A stretch of DNA of 64,000 nt from Squalus acanthias (taxonomy: Eukaryota): assembly GCA_030390025.1 (NCBI GenBank), contig CM059431.1, positions 95,296,001 to 95,360,000 on the forward strand, in the 5' to 3' direction. The position numbers were made by a program, and so were the translations under genes. Positions 23,831 to 34,496 of the stretch are shown piece by piece (positions within the stretch are counted from its first letter, which is position 1; each line of letters begins with the position of its first letter). The notes under the pieces were generated by a model. It worked only from the letters and a program-made list of their open reading frames with translations, was not told the DNA's origin and did no database searches.

Positions 23831-24742
23831 CTTTGTTACGTAGTATTGGATTGATTGATTTATAAATTTGGTCTGGAATGTATATTTTGTACTGGCTTTC
23901 ATTTCAGCATTGTGGGCAAGAGGATGCTGTGATGTTCTGTGACAGAGGGATGGAAAGGTGGTGAAGTGCTGAGCAACGGCGATCTGGGATTTCGTTCAGC
24001 AGAACCGGAGTCTGATGATGTGCTTACGGACAGCCCATCTGGAACGTGGTTGCGCAGGCTGCCTCCTCCTCTTCCTCCTCCCCCTCCTCCTGAGGTGATC
24101 GCAGAACCTGTGGTGCCTTCATGATGACCAAGTTGTGGAGGATGCAGCAGACCACCACAAATTGGGACACCCACTCCGGCGAGTACTAGAGGGCTACTCC
24201 CGAGTGGTCAAGGCAGCAAACCATTGCTTCAGCACCCCGATGTTCTGCTTGATGATGTTCCTCGTGGCAGCATGGCTTTCATTATATGAGTGCTGGCAAC
24301 GAGTGGTGGGGTTGTGGAGGGGAGTCATCAGCCAGGTGTAGAGCGGATAGTCCTTGTCTCTGAGCAGCCACCCTTGCATTCGACATGGTGGCTGGAAGAT
24401 TGCTGGCACAGCAGACTGGCACAAGATGAAGGCATCATGACTGCTGCCAGGATGCCGTGCATTCAGTATCATTATGTGCTGGGCATGGTCGCATATTAAG
24501 TGAGTGGTACCCTTTGCAGTTACGGTACATCTCACATTGAGATGTGGCACCCGCAAAGTCACCTGTATGCATTCAATGACACCCTGCACCATGGGGAAGC
24601 CCAATATCCTGGCAAAGCCACGTGCGCACTCCTCTTACTTCTTTCTATTTAGAGAGAAGACAATGAAATCCCCTCTATAATAACAACAGAAAACGCTGGA
24701 AAAACTCAGCAGGCCAGGCAGCATCCGTGGAGAGAGAAAGAG

Positions 24743-24779
24743 AGTTGACGTTTCAGGTCGATGACCTTTCATCAGAACT
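24743..24779 (-). ncRNA. Minimal type-I hammerhead ribozyme motif
   Basis: AGUU-CUGAUGA-A-AGGUC-AUC-GACCU-GAAA-C-GUC^AACU: conserved core, 5-bp stem II, 4-bp stem I, palindromic ACGU helix III. Confidence 0.78.
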
Positions 24780-25055
24780 GGGAAGAGCTGGAAATCAAAT
24801 AGATTTAAGGCCAGGGTAAAGCTGGGAAAAGGGGGAGGGGATAAAGGAACAAAGGAGGAGATGAAGAGACATTAAGAGACATTAAGAGATATGCAAGGCT
24901 AGAGGTGGTGTTAATGTGACAGATTAAGGCTGAATGAAGTGTGAAATCTACTGGCAGAATGAAGGACAGCTGCCAGCTTCTAGGAGGAAAAAAAAGGTGG
25001 GGGGGACAAATAAAAGGGTGGATAAAATAAAATATAAATGTGATTGGAGCTGAGG

Positions 25056-26342
25056 TTATGATCTAAAATTGTTGAACTCGATATTGAGTCCAGAGGGCTG
25101 TAGCGTGCCTAAACGAAAGATGAGGTGCTGTTCCTCGAGCTTACGCTGAGCTTCCGTGGAGCAGTGTATTAGGCCGAGGACGGTGAGGTCAGAGTGGGAG
25201 TGAAGCGGTGAATTAAAGTGACAGGCCACCGGGAGCTCGGGGTCCCCCTTACGGACTGAACGGAGGTGTTCCGCAAAGCGGTCACCCAATCTGCGTTTGG
25301 TCTCCCCAATGTAGAGGAGTCCACATCGTGAGCAGCGAATACAGTATACTAAATTGCAGGAAGTACAAGTAAATCGCTGTTTCACCTGGAAGGGGTGTTT
25401 GGGGCCCTGGACAGTGGGAAGAGGGGAGGTATAAGGGCATGTGTTGCATCTCCTGCGCGTGCACGGGAAGGTGCCGGGCGAAGGGGAAGGGGTGCTGGGG
25501 GTGGTAGAGGAGTGGACTAGGGTGTCGCGGAGGGAGCGGTCCCTGCGGAATGCTGAAAGGGGAGGTGAGGGGAAGATGTGTTTGGTGGTGGGATCACGCT
25601 GGAGGTGGCGGAAATGGCGGAGGATGATCCGTTGAATGTGGAGGCTGGTGGGGTGAAAGGTGAGGACAAGGGGAACCCTATCGTGGTTCCGGGAGGGAGG
25701 GGCAGGGGTGAGGGCAGATGTGCGGGAGATAGAACGGACACGGTCGGGGGCCGTGTCGACCATGGTAGAGGGGAATCCTCGGTTGAGGAAAAAGGAAGAC
25801 ATGTCGGAAGCACTGGTATGGAAGGTGGCATCATCAGAGCAGATGCGGCGGAGACGGAGAAACTGGGAGAATGGAATAGAGTCCTTACAGGAGGCGGGGT
25901 GGGAGGAAGTGTAGTCCAGGTAGCTGTGGGAGTCGGTGGGCTTGTAGTGAATGTTAGTCAATAACCTATCCCCAGAGATGGAGATGGAGAAGTCGAGGAA
26001 GGGAAGAGAAGAGTCGGAGATGGACCATGTGAAGGTGAGGGAAGGGTGGAAATTGGAAGCATAGTGAATGAAATGTTCTAGTTCAGGGCGAGAGCAGGAG
26101 ACGGCACCGATACAGTCATCAATGTACCGGAAAAAGAGGTGAGGGAGGGGACCCGAGTAGGACTGGAACAAAGAGTGTTCCACATATCCCACGAAAAGGC
26201 AGGCATAGCTAGGACCCATGCGGATACCCATAGCAACACCTTTAATTTGGAGGAAATGGGTAGAGTCAAAGGAGAAGTTGTTCAATGTGAGAACAAGTTC
26301 AGCCAGGCGGAGGAGGGTGGTGGTGGATGGGGACTGGTTGGG
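25056..26342 (-). CDS. Penelope-like RT C-terminal half + GIY-YIG endonuclease (open frame, N-terminus missing)
   Basis: QIKGVAMG, RYIDD, FLD, YKPTDSHSYLDY, Cys cluster CTRRRCNTC, VYCIRCSRCGLLYIGETKRRLGDRFAEH, E...GLN. Confidence 0.92.
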   Translation of the reverse strand, partial: PNQSPSTTTLLRLAELVLTLNNFSFDSTHFLQIKGVAMGIRMGPSYACLFVGYVEHSLFQSYSGPLPHLFFRYIDDCIGAVSCSRPELEHFIHYASNFHPSLTFTWSISDSSLPFLDFSISISGDRLLTNIHYKPTDSHSYLDYTSSHPASCKDSIPFSQFLRLRRICSDDATFHTSASDMSSFFLNRGFPSTMVDTAPDRVRSISRTSALTPAPPSRNHDRVPLVLTFHPTSLHIQRIILRHFRHLQRDPTTKHIFPSPPLSAFRRDRSLRDTLVHSSTTPSTPSPSPGTFPCTRRRCNTCPYTSPLPTVQGPKHPFQVKQRFTCTSCNLVYCIRCSRCGLLYIGETKRRLGDRFAEHLRSVRKGDPELPVACHFNSPLHSHSDLTVLGLIHCSTEAQRKLEEQHLIFRLGTLQPSGLNIEFNNFRS

Positions 26343-28824
26343 CCCCTCTCCTGGAGTACAGAGCCTCTGTGACGTCCCGGATGCATCGATGGGTGGCGAA
26401 CTGTGAGATGTTTGTTATGTCACCTGTTCCAGCCTGGAAGGATCCGCTAGTGAAAAAGTTCAGGGCCATGGCAGCGCAATCATCGCTCTGCTCTGAGGCT
26501 GCAGGTCTGGTTCCAAGAGGTGGCAGAATTCAGTGACCACCTCCTTGGTGAAGCGGAGCCTCCTAATACACTGCTCCTGGCTTAGGTGCAGGTAGGAGAA
26601 GTGCTCCCTGAAGACCCTGGGTGGGTAAGACCTCCTGCTGAGAGCCCTCCTCCTCCTCCTTCCTTTGCTAGCAGCTTGTCTTCTTTGCTCCCTCTGCTCC
26701 ATCTCCCTGTTATGCTGCAGCGCGAGGAGGACTGCAACTAGAGCCCCCCTGACTGGGAGCAAGTGGTGTAATCAGAGGCCTTCCAGTAGCAGCCCACGAC
26801 TTCCCGATGTCCAGCAACACTCCCTGCACACTTAACAACTTTTGAAATCTCTTACAGCAACCCAATACTCCTGCAAACTCTGCAAGAGCCAGTACAAAAG
26901 CAATAAGCAACTTACCTCCAAGTTGGATGTATCCCTTTAAGTAACGCTGGTGGGGGGTCCTTCGTGCAGCTGAACGCAGGATCAGCTGTGCGTGTTTAGA
27001 AGAGGATGTTAAATGGAGCAGCGACATCAAAAATGGCAGGTGATGCGTCAAATCAGCGTAATACGCTGACTGACGTCACGATTTGCATACTCTGCATACT
27101 GCTGGAGTACGCACGTCTCGCCCACGCATCGCCCTCACCAAGATGGCGAACAGCGTGGGCTGTGCCGGAAGTGGGCGGAAGCCATTTTTTTTTTACAACG
27201 GCCTATAGTACTGACACTACGGAGGTGAATTCACGGCCCTAATTTCTCTATATTCAAGAGAATAAGTTGTTAGATTGTTCAAATATCCTCATAAAGAATA
27301 TTCAGGTAGCTCTATTTGATAGAATTAGTAAAAGTCTGAGTTTTGTTCTTAAGGCCTTCTTCCTGTCTCTTGACCACACTTAGAATGGTTCCAAAACCCA
27401 TTGATTAATCAGTTTCCTCTGGGAGTGTGAGTATTAGGAAATCATATTGTTTAAGATTACTTCCTTGTAAAGAAAACAAAACAAATAAAATGTGCTGTTG
27501 TTCACAGATGAATACTCCTCACTTCCCTACTGTTGAATAAAGTTTTGTTCCCATGAATCATGTTTCAGTTGATTGGCGTACCACCGGGTGTTACCGTGTG
27601 CCATTGTTTCAGATTGTTTGCTTTTGGAATCTGGTAGATAGCTATGACTTCATTGATATGCATTAATTTATCACCTCGTGGAAGTGTTCTGTTGCACTAG
27701 ATAACCTCTGACAACCTTGCAAAATATAATGTCCCATAGGAGGCAATAACTTTGGGAAACATTCAGCAACCTAGAGTACTCTGCCAAAAGATTAAATTGG
27801 CACATTTAAAAAATAGTTCAGATACTTACCAAATTGTAAGAGGTTGGTTTTCCCCCAAGGATTTGACAGACGGATGTTTTTGGATTTATGTATCTAAGCA
27901 AAATAAACTGATAATAACAAATATTCTACTGAGTTTGCTGGGCTGAAACCAATAGTCAGTCACATTCTTCCAGCAAGATATCAATGATCACCAGGAAATT
28001 TCAGTGATTTTTACAGAAGAAAATTCGCGTAGCCATTGCCCATGCAAATACAACAAGTAGGCTCTCTTGACACAATTTTAGCTGTTGTTTCTATCCTGCA
28101 GCAACAACATTATTCCCTACTTTTAAATTTATGAGTCTGTGGGTTTAATATATTTCCTCATATTCTTTGATAGTTGTACTTGTGTTGTAATAAGGAACTG
28201 GACTTCCAGCTTGCTGACAGTGTCAGAACTTCCAGTGTAACTGTACCTATTTAACAGGAATTAGGTGATCGTATCTATCTGGCTATTCACATGACTGTCA
28301 TTATATTTGACAGTCTGATAGTTCAGGAGTATTAATGTTTCCTTTACTTAAATGCCTAAAAGGGATGGGATATCTTTTTAAAAATAACTTTGCTTTGGTC
28401 TGGCCATGTCTGACTTTGGTATGCCACAGCGCCCAACTTGCCACATGCTGAACTTTCCCAGCAACTCGTGGTGCTAACAAGCAAAAAGGACCCTGTAACA
28501 GCGGTGTTTAAAGGAATCATGCGGTACTTACAGGTTGATTTGTCATTTCAGGCTGCTGGTTAACTTTGGCCATTTCTTTGTGTGTTTGATGACTCTGCAA
28601 GGTTCAGTTTATCTGCTGAGAAGAACATTTTGCTGGTGTTGCACTATGGTTGACTGTCTTATAATCAGTTTGACTTCAGTCGTGGTCAGGTAGGGCTGCC
28701 CTCAGGGCTGGAGGAAAAGGAGGCAGCAACGAAAACAACAGAGAGCAGGAGCAGCTGCCAGAAGAGGGAGGAGGAGAAGGGCACTGTGCAGGAGGCCGTA
28801 TCCACAGCGGGTATTCAAGGATCC

Positions 28825-29458
28825 CTTCCTGGCTACAGTGTATTCAGGAAAGATAGGGAAGGGAAAAATGGAGGGAGGGTGGCAGTATTGATCAAACATA
28901 ATGTTGCAGCACTAGAAAAGGATAATATACTTGAGAGTTCAAAGACAGAATCTATTTGATTAGAATTAAAGAAGGATAGAGGAGCTATTATGCTGTTGGG
29001 TGTGTACTATAGGCCACCAAATAGTGGAGAAGAGATTGAGGAGCAAATTTGCAGGCAAATTGAAAAAGATGCAAGAACTTTAGAGCAGTGATAATGGGGG
29101 ACTTCAATTATCCTAATATGGACTGGGACAATAACAGGGCAAAGAGAGGGAAGAATAACTGAAATATATACAAGATAACTTTCTTGATCAGTATATTACT
29201 AGCCCAACTAGAGTAGTTATGGAAAAGGACAAGGAAAAATCAAACATGAAAATACTCAACTGGAGGAGGGCTAATTTCAATCAGTTGAAAAGAGATCTGG
29301 CCCTGGTGGACTGGAATCAAAGTTTGGCAGGTAAAACGGTAAATTATCAATGGGAAGCCTTTAAAGAGGGGATAGTTCAGGTACAGACTAGACACATTCC
29401 CATCAGGGGGAAAGGAAAGGCATCCAAAGCTAGAGCTCTCTAGATGACTAAAGATTAA
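28825..29458 (+). pseudogene. CR1 ORF2 APE endonuclease fragment
   Basis: PGYSVFRKDR, GVYYRPP, MGDFNYP, LNWRRANF. Confidence 0.88.
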
Positions 29459-29945
29459 GGGGGAGAAATTTCCTACCTTAGTGCCACCTGTTAAAGCGAC
29501 GAAATGTCAAGAAAGTGGCGGTGGCCGCTCGTCCGCCAGCTGGTGGTTGGTCCCGGGGCATCCTCCATGTTCGAAGTCCTGCTAGTGCTGCCATTATGAA
29601 GCAGTGCCCTGTAAAACAAAATGGCAGAGTGGTGACGTCAATCGGCATGCAACGCCGAATTAACATCACCATGGCGAACTTCGACCCTAGCGCTGAGTTT
29701 AGCACTGGGTCCTAAACATGGCAGGTAAACCCAACGTGCAAGCAGACTGACAGAGTTTCTGTCAGCACCTCTTAAAGGGACACACACATCTTTTTGGTAA
29801 TTTGGCATTTAAACTTTCGGACTTTTTTTTTTTGATTTTATTGAAGTAGTGCCTTGCTGAGTAGATGTTAAAACATTTTTTAAGTGTGTAGGGAGTGCTG
29901 CTGGATGCTTGCAAGGCCTCAGATGGTAAAGGAAGGCCTCTGAGA

Positions 29946-30085
29946 AGACAGAAAATGCTGCAAATACTCAGCAGGTCAGGCAACATCTGTGGAGAGAGAA
30001 ACAAAGCTCATGTCTCAGGTCAAGATGCTGCCCGACCAGCTGAGTATTTCCAGCATTTTATGCTTTTATTTCAGATTTACAGCAT
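29946..30085. mobile_element. Palindromic Penelope-terminus-derived short element
   Basis: Inverted arms AAAATGCTGCAAATACTCAGCAGGTCAGGCAACATCT / AGATGCTGCCCGACCAGCTGAGTATTTCCAGCATTTT, homologous to the Penelope 3' end at 24685-24735. Confidence 0.75.
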
Positions 30086-30224
30086 TCACTCGCAGAGGGA
30101 ATGATGCGGAGATGCCGGCGTTGGACTGGGGTGGACAAAAATGAGAAGTTGCACAACACCAGGTTATAGTCCAACAGTTTTATTTGAAATTACGAGCTTT
30201 TGGAGCTCTGCTTTCAGAGCACTG

Positions 30225-30259
30225 TACCTGACGAAGGAGCAGAGCTCCGAAAGCTCGTA
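30225..30259 (+). ncRNA. Minimal hammerhead ribozyme motif (second variant)
   Basis: UAC-CUGACGA-A-GGAGC-AGA-GCUCC-GAAA-G-CUC^GUA: core, 5-bp stem II, 3-bp stem I, palindromic AGCU helix III. Confidence 0.68.
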
Positions 30260-30278
30260 ATTTCAAATAAAACTGTTG

Positions 30279-31051
30279 GGGGGAAAAATTCAGCTGCTTG
30301 CGCCTCCCGTTAGCACCTTAAGAGGGCGCTAATGGGGCGTAAAGCAGCTAACGCCCGGGCGCAGCGCCGCCCACGCCTCCCGTAAAATTCAGCAGGAGGT
30401 TAGCGGCGGCGCCAGCCGGTAGCGCCCTGTGGCGCTGCGCCGCCGGCGATGACGTCATCGCCGTGCGCAGCACCCCGCTCGCGCTCCAGCCGCGATCTTC
30501 AGTCGCGCCCCCTGATTTACCGCCAGACGCTATGTCCGACGGGTTCAGGGAGGCGTACGTGCGGCCGGGGCGGCGATATTTAAAGGGGAGGTGGCAGGCG
30601 GCCATTTTTGTTGCTGGCCGCCTGCCAGCACCTGCCCCCGTTGCTGTCCCCGGCCCCCGTGAAGCTCCCCCACCGTGAAGTGCCGGCTGCGCTCCAAGAG
30701 CCCGGCACTTCTCTTGAGTGCCGGGCTCTTTTGCCGGCACTCCCGATCCCTGGGGGCCCAGCTGGGCCCCGGTTCGCGCTGCGCAGGGTCCCTCCCCTTT
30801 AAGAAGGGGAGGAAGGCCTGCAATACCGCGGCGCGACGTGCCGCAGCGCCTGGCGCTGCGGCACGTAGCGCCAGGATATTCCCTCGCAGCGCCCCAAGAG
30901 AGATGCGGGGTGCTTCCAGTGGCGCCCCGCTTCCCTCTTGGGGCGCAACCACTGAAGTTCCGGCGCGGGGCTGCTAATTTTTTCGGGGCGCTAAAAGTAG
31001 CGCCCCGGCGAGGTTAGCGCCCCAAATGGGGCGCGACTCAATTTTTACCCC
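30279..31051. mobile_element. Harbinger-type MITE (family A), CpG-rich
   Basis: TIRs GGGGGAAAAATT / AATTTTTACCCC; TTG TSD; excision restores CTGTTGGACTATAACC, the complement of the other palindrome arm. Confidence 0.92.
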
Positions 31052-32722
31052 TTGGACTATAACCTGGTGTTGTGCGACTTCTCATTTTCGTAGAGGGAAG
31101 AGGAAGATGCAGAAGAGGAAGATGTAGAAGAGGAAGAAACAGGAGAGGAAGAAGCTGAAGAGGAGGAAGCAGCAGAGGAGGAAGCAGAAGGAAGGATGGA
31201 ACCCAGACAGCCCCTTTCTGGCCGGGATATCCAGGATGGAATCATTCACCTTCAGTCCCAGTGTCCACAACCCCAATTCCCCTTTCAACATTTGTCCCAC
31301 ACCTTACCTTCCCTCTGTTAATGACCATCACAGTGTCCTCTTGACCACAATGCTAAAATAAAAGCCACCACAAAGCAAACTTTCCAATCCAAATCTTTAT
31401 ACCTTTCCATCTAATATGACATCAAGAAATCAATTCCTCACCCTTATGCATTCTCTTAGTGACTGTCTTGTGTGTGCCTTTGCCTATCCTACTGATGTCA
31501 CGCAGTGCTACCCCAGTGGCTGCTGCATGGCTGGTTAAAGGCTGCTGACTTTCAGTGGTGGACACTGCAAAAGGCCTTGCTGGTCGAACCTGAGGAGCTG
31601 GTGGCTGGGAGAGACAAAACAATCTTTTTCTTCTTCTTCACTCTCCTCTTCCTCTTCTTGGTCACCCACTGGCTGGGCAGGCTGCATTTCTTGGGTGTGT
31701 GAAATGAGGAAGGCACAAGGGTGGAGTTGTGGTGAGGGGAGGGCGGGAAAGCATGAGATGCATTACAGAAGGAGGATGACGTATGAGCATACCAGCATCT
31801 TGTATCCTTTCAGCCCCTCCGTTGGCATAGGGCTCAGCCATGCCCCGGCCAAGAATGGCCTGCACCGTCTCCTCCATGAGGGTCAGGTGAGGCTAGGAAT
31901 GGGAGATGTGCCTCGTGATTGGTACAGCTTTTGGTAGGTGAGTGATTGGTGGGGGAGTGGCGCTGCATTGAGCAGTGTGTGAGGCTAGTGGTGCAATTGG
32001 TAGGAGACGGCTTTTGAAGATGCATTCACTGACCTTGACCAGTGGTCTGAGGTCATGAAGCTTCCTTGGGCACTGGAGCCAGGTGGCGGGGGTGACACTG
32101 CTGGCAGTGATGGCCTCGGTGATGCGGTCCTACATTGTTCTTTCTGGAGGGCCTCCTGGCCCCTGTGGGTAGAGGACCTCTCTTGCAGTGTTGACCCCCT
32201 GCACAAAGCTGGAGTGCTGCGTGCGAGACCCTGGATGCCCCTTCCCTGGCTTGCTGAGCCATTTGTGTTAGTGCTGAAGCACTTTTCCCATTTTTTGAGG
32301 ATCAGAAAGGAATTCAGCTTTAAGAGCTGAAGACTCCCATTTGGGAATTTTTAATGTTAATTTTTTTTAAACAGCAGTAAGGGCTGAAAACTGCATTTTT
32401 TCACTGAATTTTAATTCTTATTATTTCTGAATGCATTGTCCCTTTAATTCATAGCCCTTTTCATTGCCCACAATTCCTTGCAAACTCCACAGCCTCGCTC
32501 CCAGAGGCTGTAAGAAGCAGCAACACTGCTCCTGGACGGGAACTTCGGGTCGGATGCCTTCGCTAACGCCACCAGGATGGCGTTACATGGTAAGTTAGCG
32601 CTATGCTACAAATCTCCAGTCCCCAGCATGAATTTTTGCCCAGTAGCACTGCGGCCATTTTCAGCGGCCATAAACCCGAGACCGTGGTGACATCAGCAGG
32701 TATCTGTTGATGTCCAATTTCT

Positions 32723-34496
32723 AGAGGGTTGATGAGGGTAGTGTGGTTGATGTTATGTATATGGGGGGAGAAATTCGGTTGCTTTGCGCCTCCCGTTAGT
32801 GCCCTAAGAGGGCTCTAACAGGGCGCAAAGCAACTAGAGCCTGGGCGCGGTGCCGCCAATGCAGGAGGTTAGCGGCGGTGGTAACCGTTAATGCCCCGCG
32901 GCGCTGCATCGCCGGCAATGACGTCATCGCCGTGCGCAGCGCCCCGATGGCGGCCGCGATCTTCGGTAGCACCCCCTGCCTTACCGCCGGACGCTATGTC
33001 CGACGGGGTCAAGGGAGCCTACCTGCGGCCGGGGCGTCACTAATTAAAGGCGAGGTGCCGGGTGGCCATTTTTGTTGCTGTGTTGCTGGCCGCCTGCCAA
33101 CACCTGCCTCCGTTGCCATCCCTGGCCTCCTGATCACCCCGCCCCCCACGCGGGCTCTTTTGCCGGCACTCCGATCCCGGTGGCCCAGCTGGGCCCTGGG
33201 TCGTGCTGCGCAAGGCCCCTCCCCTTTAGAAGGCCTGCAATAGCGCGTGGCGCTGTGGCATATAGCAGCGCGATATTCCCTCGCAGCACCCCAAGAGGGA
33301 GGCGGGGCGCTTCCCTCTTGGGGTGCTAACGATGAATTTCGGCCACGGGGGCGCTAATTTTTTCGGGCCGCTAAAAGTGGCGCCCCGGCAAAGTTAGCGC
33401 CCCAAAGTGACTCAATTTTTCCCCCATGGAGTTTCAAATGGTGTTTGATAAAGTACCACATAATAGACTTGCTATTATTGTTTTCCAGACTAGAGGGATG
33501 TGTGCAGTGGTGTCCTGCAGGGTCGGTGTTGGGACCACTGCTCTTCTTGAAATATATTAATGACCTAGACTTGAGCATATGGGGAATATTTTCAAAGTTT
33601 GTAGGTGACACAAAACTTAGACATGTAGTAAAAAGCGAGGAGGATATTAATAGACTTTAGGAGGATATATAAAGACTGGTGAAATGGGGACACTCAAGGC
33701 AGATGCAACTTAACGTAGAGAAGTGTGAAGATATTCATTTTGGTAGGAGGAATAAGAGAGAATATAAACTAAATGGTACAATATTAATGGGAGTGCAGGA
33801 ACAGAGAGAGTTGCGGGTGTACATACACAAGTCTATGAAGGTGGCATGACAACTTCAAATGGCTGAAAAAGGCATAGGGGATCCTTGGCTTTATAAATAG
33901 AGGCATCGAGTACAAAAGCAAGGTTGTTAGGCTAAACCTTTATAAATCACTGGTTATATCTCAGCTGGAGTATTGTGTTCAATTCTGGGCACCACACTTT
34001 AGGAAGGACGTCAAGGCCTTAGAGAGCGTGCAGAGGAGATTTGCTAGAATGGTACTAGGGATGTAAGACTTCAGTTATGTGGAGAGACTGGAGAAGCTGG
34101 GATTGTTCTCCTTCGGGCAGAGAAGGTTAAGGATAGATTTGATAGAGGCATTCAATATTATGAAGGGTTTTGATAGAGTTAATAAGGAGAAATTGTTTCC
34201 AGTGGCAGAAGGGTCTTGGCCAAAGAACCAGAAGCGACATGAGGGAAAAAATTATACACCAATTTGATATGATCTGGAAAGCACTGCCTGAAAGGGCGGT
34301 GGAAGCAGATTCAATAATAACTTTCAAAAGGGAATTGGAAAAATACTTGAAGTGGAAACATTTTCAGGGCTTTGAGGAAAGGGCAGGGGAGTGGGACTAA
34401 TTGGATCGCTCTTTCAAAGAGCCTACACAGGCATGATGGACTGAATGGCTTCCTTCTGTTCTGTATCATTCTATGATTCTATTATTCTATAATTCT
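32723..34496 (+). mobile_element. CR1 LINE 3' part (RT to tail), interrupted by a MITE
   Basis: RVDEGSVVDVMYM|EFQ..FDKVPH, SVLGPLLF, KFVGDTKL, and (ATTCTAT)n tail. Confidence 0.88.
32764..33425. mobile_element. Harbinger-type MITE (family A)
   Basis: TIRs GGGGGAGAAATT / AATTTTTCCCCC; ATG TSD; collinear with 30279-31051. Confidence 0.92.

Larger units (their letters stand above)
24677..26342 (-). mobile_element. Penelope-like retroelement, 5'-truncated
   Basis: RT + GIY-YIG ORF and a 3' terminal region with a hammerhead motif; CCCCTCT repeated at 24670-24676 and 26343-26349. Confidence 0.92.
23990..26762 (-). pseudogene. Harbinger 2 transposase (26762-26343 and 24676-~23990), split by the Penelope-like element
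   Basis: YPPRVFREHFSYLHLSQEQCIRRLRF, GFPMVQG, HDAFIL, RDKDYP, NESHAATR; catalytic residues altered. Confidence 0.9.
21259..27239. mobile_element. Harbinger transposon 2 (both ends present, decayed), containing a Penelope-like insertion
   Basis: TIRs GGGCTAAAAATTC / GAATTCACGGCCC; Myb-like gene (+) and transposase (-) are convergent; TSD not conserved (CTA/TAA). Confidence 0.8.
30102..31087. mobile_element. Second palindromic Penelope-type element (~210 bp), interrupted by a MITE
   Basis: Long inverted arms (30138-30212 vs 30239-30278 + 31055-31088); 12-bp TSD TCG(C/T)AGAGGGAA at 30090-30101 and 31088-31099. Confidence 0.78.
29459..32722. mobile_element. Harbinger 4 (internally deleted), containing nested insertions
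   Basis: TAA|GGGGGAGAAATTTCC left TIR; acidic transposase tail at ~31090-31250; Myb-like remnant on the minus strand from 32262 (MAQQAREGASR); right TIR clipped at AATTTCTAG. Confidence 0.75.

Noticed and set aside
30348..31017. Overlapping GC-rich ORFs / CpG-island gene promoter
   Set aside because: Entirely inside a TIR- and TSD-bounded MITE present three times in the window.
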